In this document: one piece after another, positions 36,689 through 44,314 of the stretch
Layout of the letters: each line of letters begins with the position of its first letter
Numbering within the stretch: the stretch's first letter is position 1
IMG/VR virus record: IMGVR_UViG_3300017766_004457
Span: 1-45,089 of that record
Length of the DNA stretch: 45,089 nt
Reading direction: 5' to 3' (one strand)
DNA from: a virus
Taxonomy: Duplodnaviria; Caudoviricetes
Notes under the pieces: model-generated
What the model was told of the DNA's origin: nothing
Seen by the model: the letters and a program-made list of their open reading frames with translations, nothing else
Database searches by the model: none
Position numbers and translations under genes: made by a program

Positions 36689-37414
36689 ATGATGAACATG
36701 GTGTATTGCCCCCCTGGGGAGTTCTGGATGGGGTCTCAGGACGGCGTGGGTTATGATAACGAGCGCCCTCGTCATCGCGTGAAGCTGTCGCGGGGGTTCT
36801 GGATGGGGCAGACGCAGGTGACGCAGGGGCTTTGGGAGAAGGTGATGGGGAATAACCCCAGCTACTTTAAGGGGGCTCAGAGGCCTGTGGAGTCTGTGTC
36901 ATGGTTTGACGCGGTGCGGTTCTGTAACGCATTGAGTCGTGCGGAGGGGCTGACGTCTGCTTACATGGGCGACAATTCCACTGTGAGTCTAGACGTGACC
37001 GCTAATGGGTACAGGCTACCTATGGAGGCTGAGTGGGAGTACGCAGCGAAGGCGGGGACTGAGCTGAAGTACTCTGGTGGAGATGAGCCAGACGCTGTGG
37101 TTTGGTACAGCGGCAATACTGAAAACAAAACGCACCCTGTAGGCACGAAAAAAGCCAACGCATGGGGGATATACGACATGTGTGGGAACGTCTGGGAGTG
37201 GTGCAGTGATCAGTGGGACGCGGAGGCCTACAAGCAACGAAGTGGCAGGGTCACAGATCCACACGTGTATGCCACAGGTCCGTCCCCGCGCGTCATTCGC
37301 GGCGGCTATTACGGGGGCGTCGCCTTCCTTTGCCGCGTCGCGTACCGTAACTGGTCCCGCGCTGATATCTGCTGGGATGACCTCGGCTTTAGAGTCTGTC
37401 GGCCTGCATCATAA
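36689..37414 (+). CDS. FGE-sulfatase (SUMF1)/C-type lectin-fold protein
   Basis: PPGEFWMGS, ERPRHRV, VTQ, PVESVSWFDA, YRLPMEAEWEYAA, NAWGIYDMCGNVWEW and RVIRGG...LGFR. Confidence 0.93.
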   Translation: MMNMVYCPPGEFWMGSQDGVGYDNERPRHRVKLSRGFWMGQTQVTQGLWEKVMGNNPSYFKGAQRPVESVSWFDAVRFCNALSRAEGLTSAYMGDNSTVSLDVTANGYRLPMEAEWEYAAKAGTELKYSGGDEPDAVVWYSGNTENKTHPVGTKKANAWGIYDMCGNVWEWCSDQWDAEAYKQRSGRVTDPHVYATGPSPRVIRGGYYGGVAFLCRVAYRNWSRADICWDDLGFRVCRPAS

Positions 37415-37557
37415 ACTACAAGTAGTGGTTCAATCCCCTCCGCTACTACCTCGGACTGCGTCTCGCGAGGTCACTTGGCTAAGCCGCAATCGCCAAGCAA
37501 CTCAAAGTAGTCGCAGTCGGGTTGAGTCCTCAATCTGATGCACGTTAGGGTGAAAAA

Positions 37558-37899
37558 ATGATTTTTTGTCGCATTACAAAGACTGAAGTACTGCAAGTCA
37601 TTTACCTTGATGACATTGGTAAATCTGCCCCCGAGTATCTGCAAGTTAATATTTCACCGAGAGAACTGATCAATATTGAATACTGCATTAACCAAAGTCT
37701 TAAAAGAATCGAGTTGATCGCGCTTGAAAAAAAAGCCCATATCGACGCTGACATTGTGGCAGAGGGGCAGTATTGTATATGCCTGTATCATGGGAATCAA
37801 AAAGCAGTGATTACAATCCGAGGGGCGACTATTCATCTTCATTTCAATGCTCTTTTAGAGCTAAAAAACGAAATAAACAAACTCACAAAGCACATTTAG
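37558..37899 (+). CDS. Hypothetical protein (AT-rich)
   Basis: 113-aa ORF in the accessory cluster. Confidence 0.6.
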   Translation: MIFCRITKTEVLQVIYLDDIGKSAPEYLQVNISPRELINIEYCINQSLKRIELIALEKKAHIDADIVAEGQYCICLYHGNQKAVITIRGATIHLHFNALLELKNEINKLTKHI

Positions 37900-37910
37900 G
37901 GGGAAACAAA

Positions 37911-37968
37911 ATGATTAACTTAGTGTATTGCTCCCTCCGGGAAGTTTTTGATGAGGTTTGAGGCCTAG
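37911..37968 (+). pseudogene. Decayed 5' fragment of a second FGE/lectin-type gene
   Basis: RBS plus ATGATTAACTTAGTGTATTGC aligns with the start of 36689; removing one base gives MINLVYCPSGKFLM versus MMNMVYCPPGEFWM. Confidence 0.6.
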
Positions 37969-37995
37969 ATAAAGGATTCAGAAAAGAGGACTACA

Positions 37996-38220
37996 ATGCA
38001 AATAGCGTTGCTCCGCAAGACGCCTCACGATCAACAACTACTTGCGATTGTACGCGCGGCACTCTCCGCAAAGGCGTTTTTAAACGCGGAGCTAACTATA
38101 GAAGACGAAAGATATCAGATAGAGTCTTACCGCGTTCGTACGGAACTCGAAATCGTCGTTTATCAAGAAAAATGCGGTGAAAAAACCGCAAGTATATTAT
38201 CTTGTACACAGTTGTACTGA
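37996..38220 (+). CDS. Hypothetical protein
   Basis: 74 aa, AGAGGA RBS. Confidence 0.6.
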   Translation: MQIALLRKTPHDQQLLAIVRAALSAKAFLNAELTIEDERYQIESYRVRTELEIVVYQEKCGEKTASILSCTQLY

Positions 38221-38246
38221 AGTGTGACAACTGAAGGGACAAGCGT

Positions 38247-38450
38247 ATGCGTGTTATTTTAACGACTATTTATTGCGACATTGTGCGCCCAGACACGTTG
38301 GAGGTGGTTTCTGTGGAGCTGTCTAGCTCCCTTCGTGTGCGTCGCGCATTTAATGAATATGGGATGCCGGTTGAGCTAACTCCTGCGGAGCAGTCTAAAA
38401 TAAAGAGAAAGTTACGTACGCGCATAATAAATGCTAGTCAAGACGACTAG
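38247..38450 (+). CDS. Hypothetical protein
   Basis: 67 aa, AAGGGA RBS. Confidence 0.55.
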   Translation: MRVILTTIYCDIVRPDTLEVVSVELSSSLRVRRAFNEYGMPVELTPAEQSKIKRKLRTRIINASQDD

Positions 38451-38500
38451 AAACGATGTACCATAGCGCACCTCAAGCATATTTTCTCTTGGAGTTGCAT

Positions 38501-39016
38501 ATGGGTATAAAGTCGTTTTTTGAGCGTAAACGCATCAAGGAGGCCACGCAGGTTGGTCTTCTCTGCGGGAATGTAGACGCCCCCTTGGGTAGCGTAGCTG
38601 CGCTGCTCACTTCGGAGCAGGAGGCTATTCCGCTGCTGCCTTATACAGGAGCAGGGAGCTATACAAGCGCGGGCGCGCTGATGCGTCTCCCTTCCTCCCT
38701 AGATCAGGTACACGATTTGGTGCTTCACTGGCAGGCTAAGACCTTTGATGACCGCGCTACAATTGAGGGTACGCTCGCGCACCTCGCCAGCGAGGTTCAG
38801 GAGCTGTCTATCGCAGTCCATGAGGGCGACCTCTCGGGTATCAAGGGTGAGGCTGCAGACGTTTTAGTGCTGCTCATTCAAGCAGCGGCGCTCCTCAATG
38901 TGGACCTCGGCGAAGCCACACTTGAGAAGCTCCAAGCACTTACAACGAGGGACTACTCCAGCGCGCCTGATAGCGAGGGGCGCATCCTGCATAAGAAGGA
39001 GCAGTCAAATGAGTGA
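38501..39016 (+). CDS. MazG-fold nucleotide pyrophosphohydrolase (DUF550/MazZ-like)
   Basis: Likely start MGIKSF; WQAKTF..HLASEVQEL..EAADV..EKL..R..PD..GRILH. Confidence 0.75.
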   Translation: MGIKSFFERKRIKEATQVGLLCGNVDAPLGSVAALLTSEQEAIPLLPYTGAGSYTSAGALMRLPSSLDQVHDLVLHWQAKTFDDRATIEGTLAHLASEVQELSIAVHEGDLSGIKGEAADVLVLLIQAAALLNVDLGEATLEKLQALTTRDYSSAPDSEGRILHKKEQSNE

Positions 39017-39896
39017 TGTATTGAAGTCGAGAGTAACTGCTAACAAGGCCATGAACTTTAACGCGCAGCAGAACGGGTATATCCCGCCTGCGGCGGTTAA
39101 GACTTATCCGGGACTGGCGACCGATAAGGGGTCTACGACTTTTCTCGCAGCGGTAGTATCTTTCCAGATGGATTGTGGGCTGACTGCCGATGGTTTCTTT
39201 GGTCTTCGTACGCAGCAGATGCTGACGCAGCGGTTCGCGCCGCTTGAGGACTTCTTGGTTATCGGCGGGGTGCGCACCCCCATAGATACCGCAGGGAAGT
39301 TCTCAATCCTTGATTATACTGAGGATTCGCGGCTAGATCTGCACAGCTTTGGAAACTTCAGTAAGCGCAAAAAGCCGGTGCAGCGAGTCGTGTTGCATCA
39401 CGGGGGTTATGACCCTTTTCACTTGGCAGCGGTGTTCGCCACAAGGGACCGCAAAGTAAGCTCTCACTTAGGGCTGGGCTTCACAGACAGCGGTGACATC
39501 CTTGTTGCGCAGTACTTGGACCTGAGCCACACCGCGTGGCACGCCGGCAAAATGAACGAGGGATCTATCGGCATCGACTTCGCAGTACAGCCCACTACGG
39601 ATTGTGCGCGGAGATACAACCTACCCATCATAAAGAACCCCTCCACCATAGGTCCCGCGATGGTTTTGGAGTTCCCTGATCGGCTGCTCGATGCGATGGC
39701 GCAGCTGCTACAGGAGCTTCATCGTGTTTTTGAGCTGGGGGCAGTTACCCCTATGCCAGAAGCAGACATGCGGTACGACCCTTCAGCGCATGAGAAGATC
39801 ACGGTGCTAGGGCATCACCACTTCGCCACGAATGGGAAGTTTGATGTGTCCTATATTTGGGATAGGCTCAACCAGCGGTTTACCTCACCTAGCTGA
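39009..39896 (+). CDS. N-acetylmuramoyl-L-alanine amidase with an N-terminal peptidoglycan-binding domain (probable endolysin)
   Basis: Start MSDVLK; AVVSFQ..GLTADGFFG..T binding motif; VVLHH, SSHL, AWHAG..N..SIGID and GHH. Confidence 0.85.
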   Translation: MSDVLKSRVTANKAMNFNAQQNGYIPPAAVKTYPGLATDKGSTTFLAAVVSFQMDCGLTADGFFGLRTQQMLTQRFAPLEDFLVIGGVRTPIDTAGKFSILDYTEDSRLDLHSFGNFSKRKKPVQRVVLHHGGYDPFHLAAVFATRDRKVSSHLGLGFTDSGDILVAQYLDLSHTAWHAGKMNEGSIGIDFAVQPTTDCARRYNLPIIKNPSTIGPAMVLEFPDRLLDAMAQLLQELHRVFELGAVTPMPEADMRYDPSAHEKITVLGHHHFATNGKFDVSYIWDRLNQRFTSPS

Positions 39897-39938
39897 GCGG
39901 TATATGCTTCCTAGTGGTTCTTTACCCTAGGAGGCCTT

Positions 39939-40808
39939 ATGCAGTCATTAACAGAGTTTGGCTTAGAGACGATTGAGCTTTCGTCTCCTCAACTGATTGA
40001 GGCGCTTTATCGTCATGGGACGGTGGAACTGCGCGGCGCAGTAGACGGCGTAGAGGAGCTTGAGGGTGGTTTCGTGGTGCTGCGCTACGGCTCACAGAGC
40101 GCGCTCGCGCTTGTTTTCAATCAAGAGGTTCAACTTGTAAAAGACACGCTCGACTTTCAGGGGGTAAAGCCTCGGGATGCTGCGCAGACCTGCTTTATGT
40201 GGGCGCTGAAGAATCGGCAACTAACCGTATGCCTGGGGGCGGCGGGATGCGGAAAAACTTATATCGCCACCGCGTTTGCGGTTCATCAGATGATGAAGCA
40301 AGATAAAAAAACAGTCTTCCTCAAGCCCACACGTTTTGTAGGCGGAGAATCTAATGCGATTGCTGCTGTCCCCGGAGGAGTTGCGGAGAAGTTAGAGCCA
40401 TATGTAGAGTCTTTTTTGCAGCATCTAAGGTCTCTTCTCGGTGCAGACGCGAGCAACCTGCTCGGTAAGTGGCAGCAGAAAAGGCAGATCGAGTTCGCAG
40501 CGGTGGAGCTGTGCCGAGGTCGGCACTTTGCTAACTCCGTCGTAATCCTTGACGAGGCTCAGAATCTTACCTTCCATGAGCTGTGCAGCGTCATCTCCCG
40601 AGTAGACGATAGTAGCACCTTAATCGTGATGGGAGATCCGTTGCAGATTGATATTGAGGGCCGCGCATGGGAAGAGACAGGGTTAGCGCGACTCTTGGAG
40701 AGTAGTGCGTGGTGGAGCGCCCCGTTCGCGGTTGCGCTAGAGCTAGAAACCAGCTATCGCGGGAAGCTGGCGAGACTCGTTGGAGACGCTCTCAAAGAAC
40801 AGTATTAA
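39939..40808 (+). CDS. phoH: PhoH-family ATPase
   Basis: GAAGCGKT, PGGVAEKLEP, RGRHF, DEAQN and GDPLQID. Confidence 0.92.
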   Translation: MQSLTEFGLETIELSSPQLIEALYRHGTVELRGAVDGVEELEGGFVVLRYGSQSALALVFNQEVQLVKDTLDFQGVKPRDAAQTCFMWALKNRQLTVCLGAAGCGKTYIATAFAVHQMMKQDKKTVFLKPTRFVGGESNAIAAVPGGVAEKLEPYVESFLQHLRSLLGADASNLLGKWQQKRQIEFAAVELCRGRHFANSVVILDEAQNLTFHELCSVISRVDDSSTLIVMGDPLQIDIEGRAWEETGLARLLESSAWWSAPFAVALELETSYRGKLARLVGDALKEQY

Positions 40809-40905
40809 AAAATAGTTGCAGACCTGTAGTTCATTTGGTAGGGTGTCTGTATGCGCTGATGAAGAGTCCGCGCCTTCTCTCACCCTCCTATAGGAGCATA
40901 ACAGC

Positions 40906-41157
40906 ATGCAACCCCTTAGAAGCACCCGCAAAAGCGATTCTTCTGCTGCCGTAAAGCAGTATAAGCCCCATGCAGATCTACCTCACAGGCGCGGCTCTAT
41001 TGTGAGCTTCACTGCGTCAAGCAGCTTGGTCAATGCTCTCAACGCCTACTGCACCGCTAAGAACATCGGACGCTCCGAGCTGGTGCGCGGGCTCGTCGCT
41101 CAACTGCTGCAGGAGCACCCTGAGTTTTTTGAGATTCTCAACAAGGAAGAGAACTAA
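40906..41157 (+). CDS. Ribbon-helix-helix (CopG-like) protein
   Basis: IVSFT strand followed by LVNALNAYC..NIGRSELVRGLV; AAGGAG RBS. Confidence 0.75.
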   Translation: MQPLRSTRKSDSSAAVKQYKPHADLPHRRGSIVSFTASSSLVNALNAYCTAKNIGRSELVRGLVAQLLQEHPEFFEILNKEEN

Positions 41158-41163
41158 CACCCT

Positions 41164-41751
41164 ATGAAAAAAGGCACTAAGCTCAATAAGCTATCTCCCG
41201 AAGATATTGAAGCAGCAAACGATCTGGGCATTCAGCGACAGCTCAACAATCGCAAGCACAAGACCCATTATGTGGCTGAGGGGCGCATGGGCTCTAAAGA
41301 AGATACAACCGAGGAGCGCTTCTCTAGGGAGCAACGTGGAGTGCGCAGCGAGTTTGCGTTTGCGCGCAACTTTGATTGTCTGCCCGAGTCCTGGGATCTG
41401 ATTCTCGCTATCGGAGTGCAGTCCGCAGTCCAAGGGTCTGATCCTGCCGATGCGATTGTGCAGGCGTCTAATGGTAAGAAGTTAGCCGTAGACGTAAAGA
41501 CCACAGAGTACTACACGGGGAATCTTTTGGTATCCCTAGAGAAGCGCGACTGCTCCTGTGTATTCGTCCTGCTTGTCGAGGGTTCAGAGGGGGAGTTCAC
41601 GTTCGCCGGCGCGATTACTAGCCAGCGGGCCTTCGCGCTCTTGCAGCGCGGCGTCGTGCAGATTCGCAGTCGCAACACCATCTGGATCCCGCAAGTGCAC
41701 CTGAACGATTTTACGCCTGTGATCGAGTTTGCGAGTACACTAGCACCATGA
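41164..41751 (+). CDS. Putative PD-(D/E)XK restriction-endonuclease-fold protein
   Basis: GVRSEFAFA..PAD..VDVKT..VFVLL..FAG pattern. Confidence 0.6.
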   Translation: MKKGTKLNKLSPEDIEAANDLGIQRQLNNRKHKTHYVAEGRMGSKEDTTEERFSREQRGVRSEFAFARNFDCLPESWDLILAIGVQSAVQGSDPADAIVQASNGKKLAVDVKTTEYYTGNLLVSLEKRDCSCVFVLLVEGSEGEFTFAGAITSQRAFALLQRGVVQIRSRNTIWIPQVHLNDFTPVIEFASTLAP

Positions 41752-42137
41752 TCTATAACCCTCTGCAGCTAGATATTGAGAAGTCTCGTAACGAGATTGC
41801 GCGCTACGAGGTAGACTTTGCAGACCATGCAGTTCTTCTTCAGGTGCTGCACGCTTTTAACGAAACAAGTAAGCGCTTCCCCCTTTGGTTACTCGCCACT
41901 AAGACACCTTTCACGCTAGGCAGCTACCTAGTAATCGTTCTGGGCAGCTCTGTGAGTAAGCCGGAGTTTGAGAGCCATTTGAATACACTACCTGACGAAG
42001 TGTCGAGTGCTTTTTGCTGCTGTGACCGTTGCGCGAGTGCCCGTTTTATTGAGCCCCCTGCGGATACTGCGCAACAGGAGGCGCATACGCCAGGGATCAC
42101 TAATAATCCCGTGTGGACAATGATCTACGGGCTATAG
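41748..42137 (+). CDS. Hypothetical protein
   Basis: 129 aa, ATGA overlap with the upstream gene. Confidence 0.6.
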   Translation: MIYNPLQLDIEKSRNEIARYEVDFADHAVLLQVLHAFNETSKRFPLWLLATKTPFTLGSYLVIVLGSSVSKPEFESHLNTLPDEVSSAFCCCDRCASARFIEPPADTAQQEAHTPGITNNPVWTMIYGL

Positions 42138-42437
42138 CTCCTCTTCATCATCCTGCACAAGGGCTTGCAATAACTCAGTAGCGTTCACTACCAGGACATA
42201 TTCAAAGTCTTCCTTGCAGACCTCAAAAAGCTCTCGACCTTCCTGCTCTGTGCTCACCGTGGCAATCAGTAAGACGCTGTCCACTTTTTGCGGAACTAGG
42301 AAGCGATAGCCTAAGTACAATGCGCTAGGGGCACTCAGCAGCAGCGCTCCCCAAGAGGGCATAAGGATACCCCACCAAAGTAAGTATGCGCCGATGGCGA
42401 TACGGACAAAAAGATCAGGGGTTATGCTCGTCTGCAT
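42132..42437 (-). CDS. Two-TM membrane protein
   Basis: Hydrophobic N-terminus, acidic tail, TAATG coupling. Confidence 0.65.
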   Translation of the reverse strand: MQTSITPDLFVRIAIGAYLLWWGILMPSWGALLLSAPSALYLGYRFLVPQKVDSVLLIATVSTEQEGRELFEVCKEDFEYVLVVNATELLQALVQDDEEEL

Positions 42438-42658
42438 TAATTTTCTCCTAAACGTTTTTTTAGGTTGGGTATATCCTGCATCTTGCGAATCAGCTCCGGG
42501 TCTCCTGAGACTTCGATCAGCTGCACCAGCTGCTTTAACAGCGCGGAGTCCTCAGTGTATAGCTGCGTCATCTCTGCAGCTGCCTGCTGCCGAAATACCA
42601 AGGCCCGAGCCTGAAGCTCCCTGTATTTCTGCTCCCAACCACCTTGGGTGTGTAACAT
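42437..42658 (-). CDS. Hypothetical helical protein
   Basis: 73 aa, overlaps both neighbours by 1 nt. Confidence 0.65.
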   Translation of the reverse strand: MLHTQGGWEQKYRELQARALVFRQQAAAEMTQLYTEDSALLKQLVQLIEVSGDPELIRKMQDIPNLKKRLGEN

Positions 42659-43056
42659 CAGTTTCCGGCGTTCACAAACGCTGCGAGCGCCTCTAACCCC
42701 TTAAGGCGAGCGCGCTCCAAAGAAGCAGCCTCCATATTCGCAGCTGCTACTTCAGCAGCCGTAGCATCCTCGCTGGGAGTCTCTTGACCAGCTCGCCGCC
42801 CCAAGCAAAGCAGCGCATACCCGCAGATGTCCGCCCAAGGGTCCTCCGCGAACAGCTCCTTGTTGTTTGCGATGCGGAACAGCTTGTCCACAATGCGGGT
42901 AATCGTGAGCACATCGGTGTAGCGCTCGACCGGAATCCCGTTAGGAAACAAGATAGCCAGCACCAAGTGCGCCTGTCCAAAGGCGTCCCCATAACTCGTT
43001 TGCTTGCGCTCCACCAGCGACGCGATCTCCGTAGCGATCTGTTGATACTTACTCAT
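42658..43056 (-). CDS. Nmad1/DUF1599-like all-alpha nucleotide-associated protein
   Basis: KQTSYGDAF..RIVDKLFRIA..EDPWADICGY pattern. Confidence 0.7.
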   Translation of the reverse strand: MSKYQQIATEIASLVERKQTSYGDAFGQAHLVLAILFPNGIPVERYTDVLTITRIVDKLFRIANNKELFAEDPWADICGYALLCLGRRAGQETPSEDATAAEVAAANMEAASLERARLKGLEALAAFVNAGN

Positions 43057-43108
43057 TTAAACTCCCGTTGATATACACATAAGAAGATGCTAAGACTAAA
43101 TGCTGCGG

Positions 43109-43137
43109 ATTCTGCCCGCTTTTTGTCGTCCTGTCAA
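43109..43137 (-). promoter_or_regulatory. Putative sigma70-type promoter
   Basis: TTGACA-N17-CAGAAT upstream of 43056. Confidence 0.55.
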
Positions 43138-43155
43138 CTTTTTAGGGAGTAATTT

Positions 43156-43308
43156 ATGTATATGCTAGCTATTTTTTGTTTCTGGTGCGCAGCTACGGTA
43201 ATCTACGCCGACTTGGCCATCGTAAACCTACCTGAAAGGGTAATTCACGCTTGGTTTTTATTTGGTGCAGTTCTACTTCTTTGCACGCTGGTTTTAAGTG
43301 CAACTTGA
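43156..43308 (+). CDS. Small 50-aa two-TM membrane protein (not in the ORF track)
   Basis: AGGGAG RBS; MYMLAIFCFWCAATVIYADLAIVNLPERVIHAWFLFGAVLLLCTLVLSAT*. Confidence 0.55.
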   Translation: MYMLAIFCFWCAATVIYADLAIVNLPERVIHAWFLFGAVLLLCTLVLSAT

Positions 43309-43370
43309 CGGGCTTGAACCGCCAACATCGTGCGTGTAAGGCACGCGCTCTACCATTGAGCTAAAGTTGC
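43299..43370 (-). tRNA. tRNA-Val (anticodon TAC), CCA not encoded
   Basis: Cloverleaf GCAACTT-TA-GCTC AATGGTA GAGC-G-CGTGC CTTACAC GCACG-ATGTT-GGCGG TTCAAGC CCGTC-AAGTTGC-A. Confidence 0.95.
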
Positions 43371-43403
43371 AGGACACCTCGCCTTTTCTTCACCTGTTCG
43401 GCT

Positions 43404-43434
43404 AAAAAAGGAAGCCGCTATACCACATAGCGGC
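43404..43434 (-). terminator. Intrinsic terminator after the baseplate-like gene
   Basis: GCCGCTAT-N5-ATAGCGGC hairpin followed by TTCC and a T run on the minus strand. Confidence 0.65.
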
Positions 43435-43474
43435 ATTCGAGGTGCATTAGGTATACCTCTATTTCGGCGCGCCG

Positions 43475-44314
43475 TCAAGCTCTCACTACTTCAATAGAGA
43501 AGGACCCGCCTCCCGCGCCTCCCCCAGCTAACAAATCCTTGAAGCTGTTGTACATTGAGGTTTCGCCGGGGGCCCAAAGGATGTTGGTGGCGCGGAGCTG
43601 AACACCGCTCGCCAGCATCCTGTCTAGCAGCGCAAAGAAACGGCTCTCAAAGAAGTCAGACGCGAGGTACGCAGGGTATGGGCCATCCTCCGACCCAAAG
43701 CGCTCTTCCGAGGCGCTAGAAAAGAAGTCCATCAGAAAACCGTAGGGCGGCTCGCCCTCTTCCTGTGCCTCTGCGTTCTGCTGCAGAAAAGTGGAGGGCA
43801 CAGTGAAGATACCGCCATCCATGATCAGGTTAAGCACGCAGTCTAGCTCCTGAAAAGTGAACGGCAGTAACTTAACGGTGTAATCCTCTCCGACCGTGAA
43901 AGCGGGGGGTGAAAAATAACTCGTTTTAACAGGTGCAAAAGACGCTATCCCCTCGTCCACCACCGATAAGAAGCACACCTTGCTACCCACTATGGCGAAG
44001 CGCTGCTCTAGATTAGCAGGTGCAGTAAGCGCTAGGCTCGCTGCATCGAGCGCTAACGTGCTCGCGCTCTGCGCCTCTCCTTGAACGGTTGAATATTCCG
44101 CCCACACATTGAACAGGGCGCGCACAAACTCAAAAAACGTAGGGAGCGTTGGCTGACTGGCATAAACCGCGCTCTTAAGTGCGCTCTTGAAGTCGCTCTC
44201 AGGGATGTACAGGGGGCGCTCAAACCCATAATGTTTCCCCAATCGAGTAAGCGCTTCTCCAGTCGCTCGCGTTATTAAGGTGTCGTTACGCGCTTGTAAG
44301 AGTTTACTTGTCAT
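43475..44314 (-). CDS. Putative baseplate wedge protein
   Basis: ATGEALTRLGKHYGFERP..ESDFKSAL resembles the A.G..LD..G...G..R...D..YR motif of contractile-tail wedge proteins. Confidence 0.65.
   Translation of the reverse strand: MTSKLLQARNDTLITRATGEALTRLGKHYGFERPLYIPESDFKSALKSAVYASQPTLPTFFEFVRALFNVWAEYSTVQGEAQSASTLALDAASLALTAPANLEQRFAIVGSKVCFLSVVDEGIASFAPVKTSYFSPPAFTVGEDYTVKLLPFTFQELDCVLNLIMDGGIFTVPSTFLQQNAEAQEEGEPPYGFLMDFFSSASEERFGSEDGPYPAYLASDFFESRFFALLDRMLASGVQLRATNILWAPGETSMYNSFKDLLAGGGAGGGSFSIEVVRA

Noticed and set aside
37421-37450. Second tRNA gene
   Set aside because: Only a T-loop/3'-end-like fragment; the T stem does not pair and there are no D or anticodon arms
36689-37560. Complete diversity-generating retroelement
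   Set aside because: No reverse transcriptase, Avd or template repeat was found in the window; kept only as an orphan-target hypothesis
43200-43298. tRNA-associated HDV-like (theta) ribozyme
   Set aside because: The sequence 3' of the tRNA does not begin with a G-initiated P1 and lacks a recognisable L3/J4-2 core
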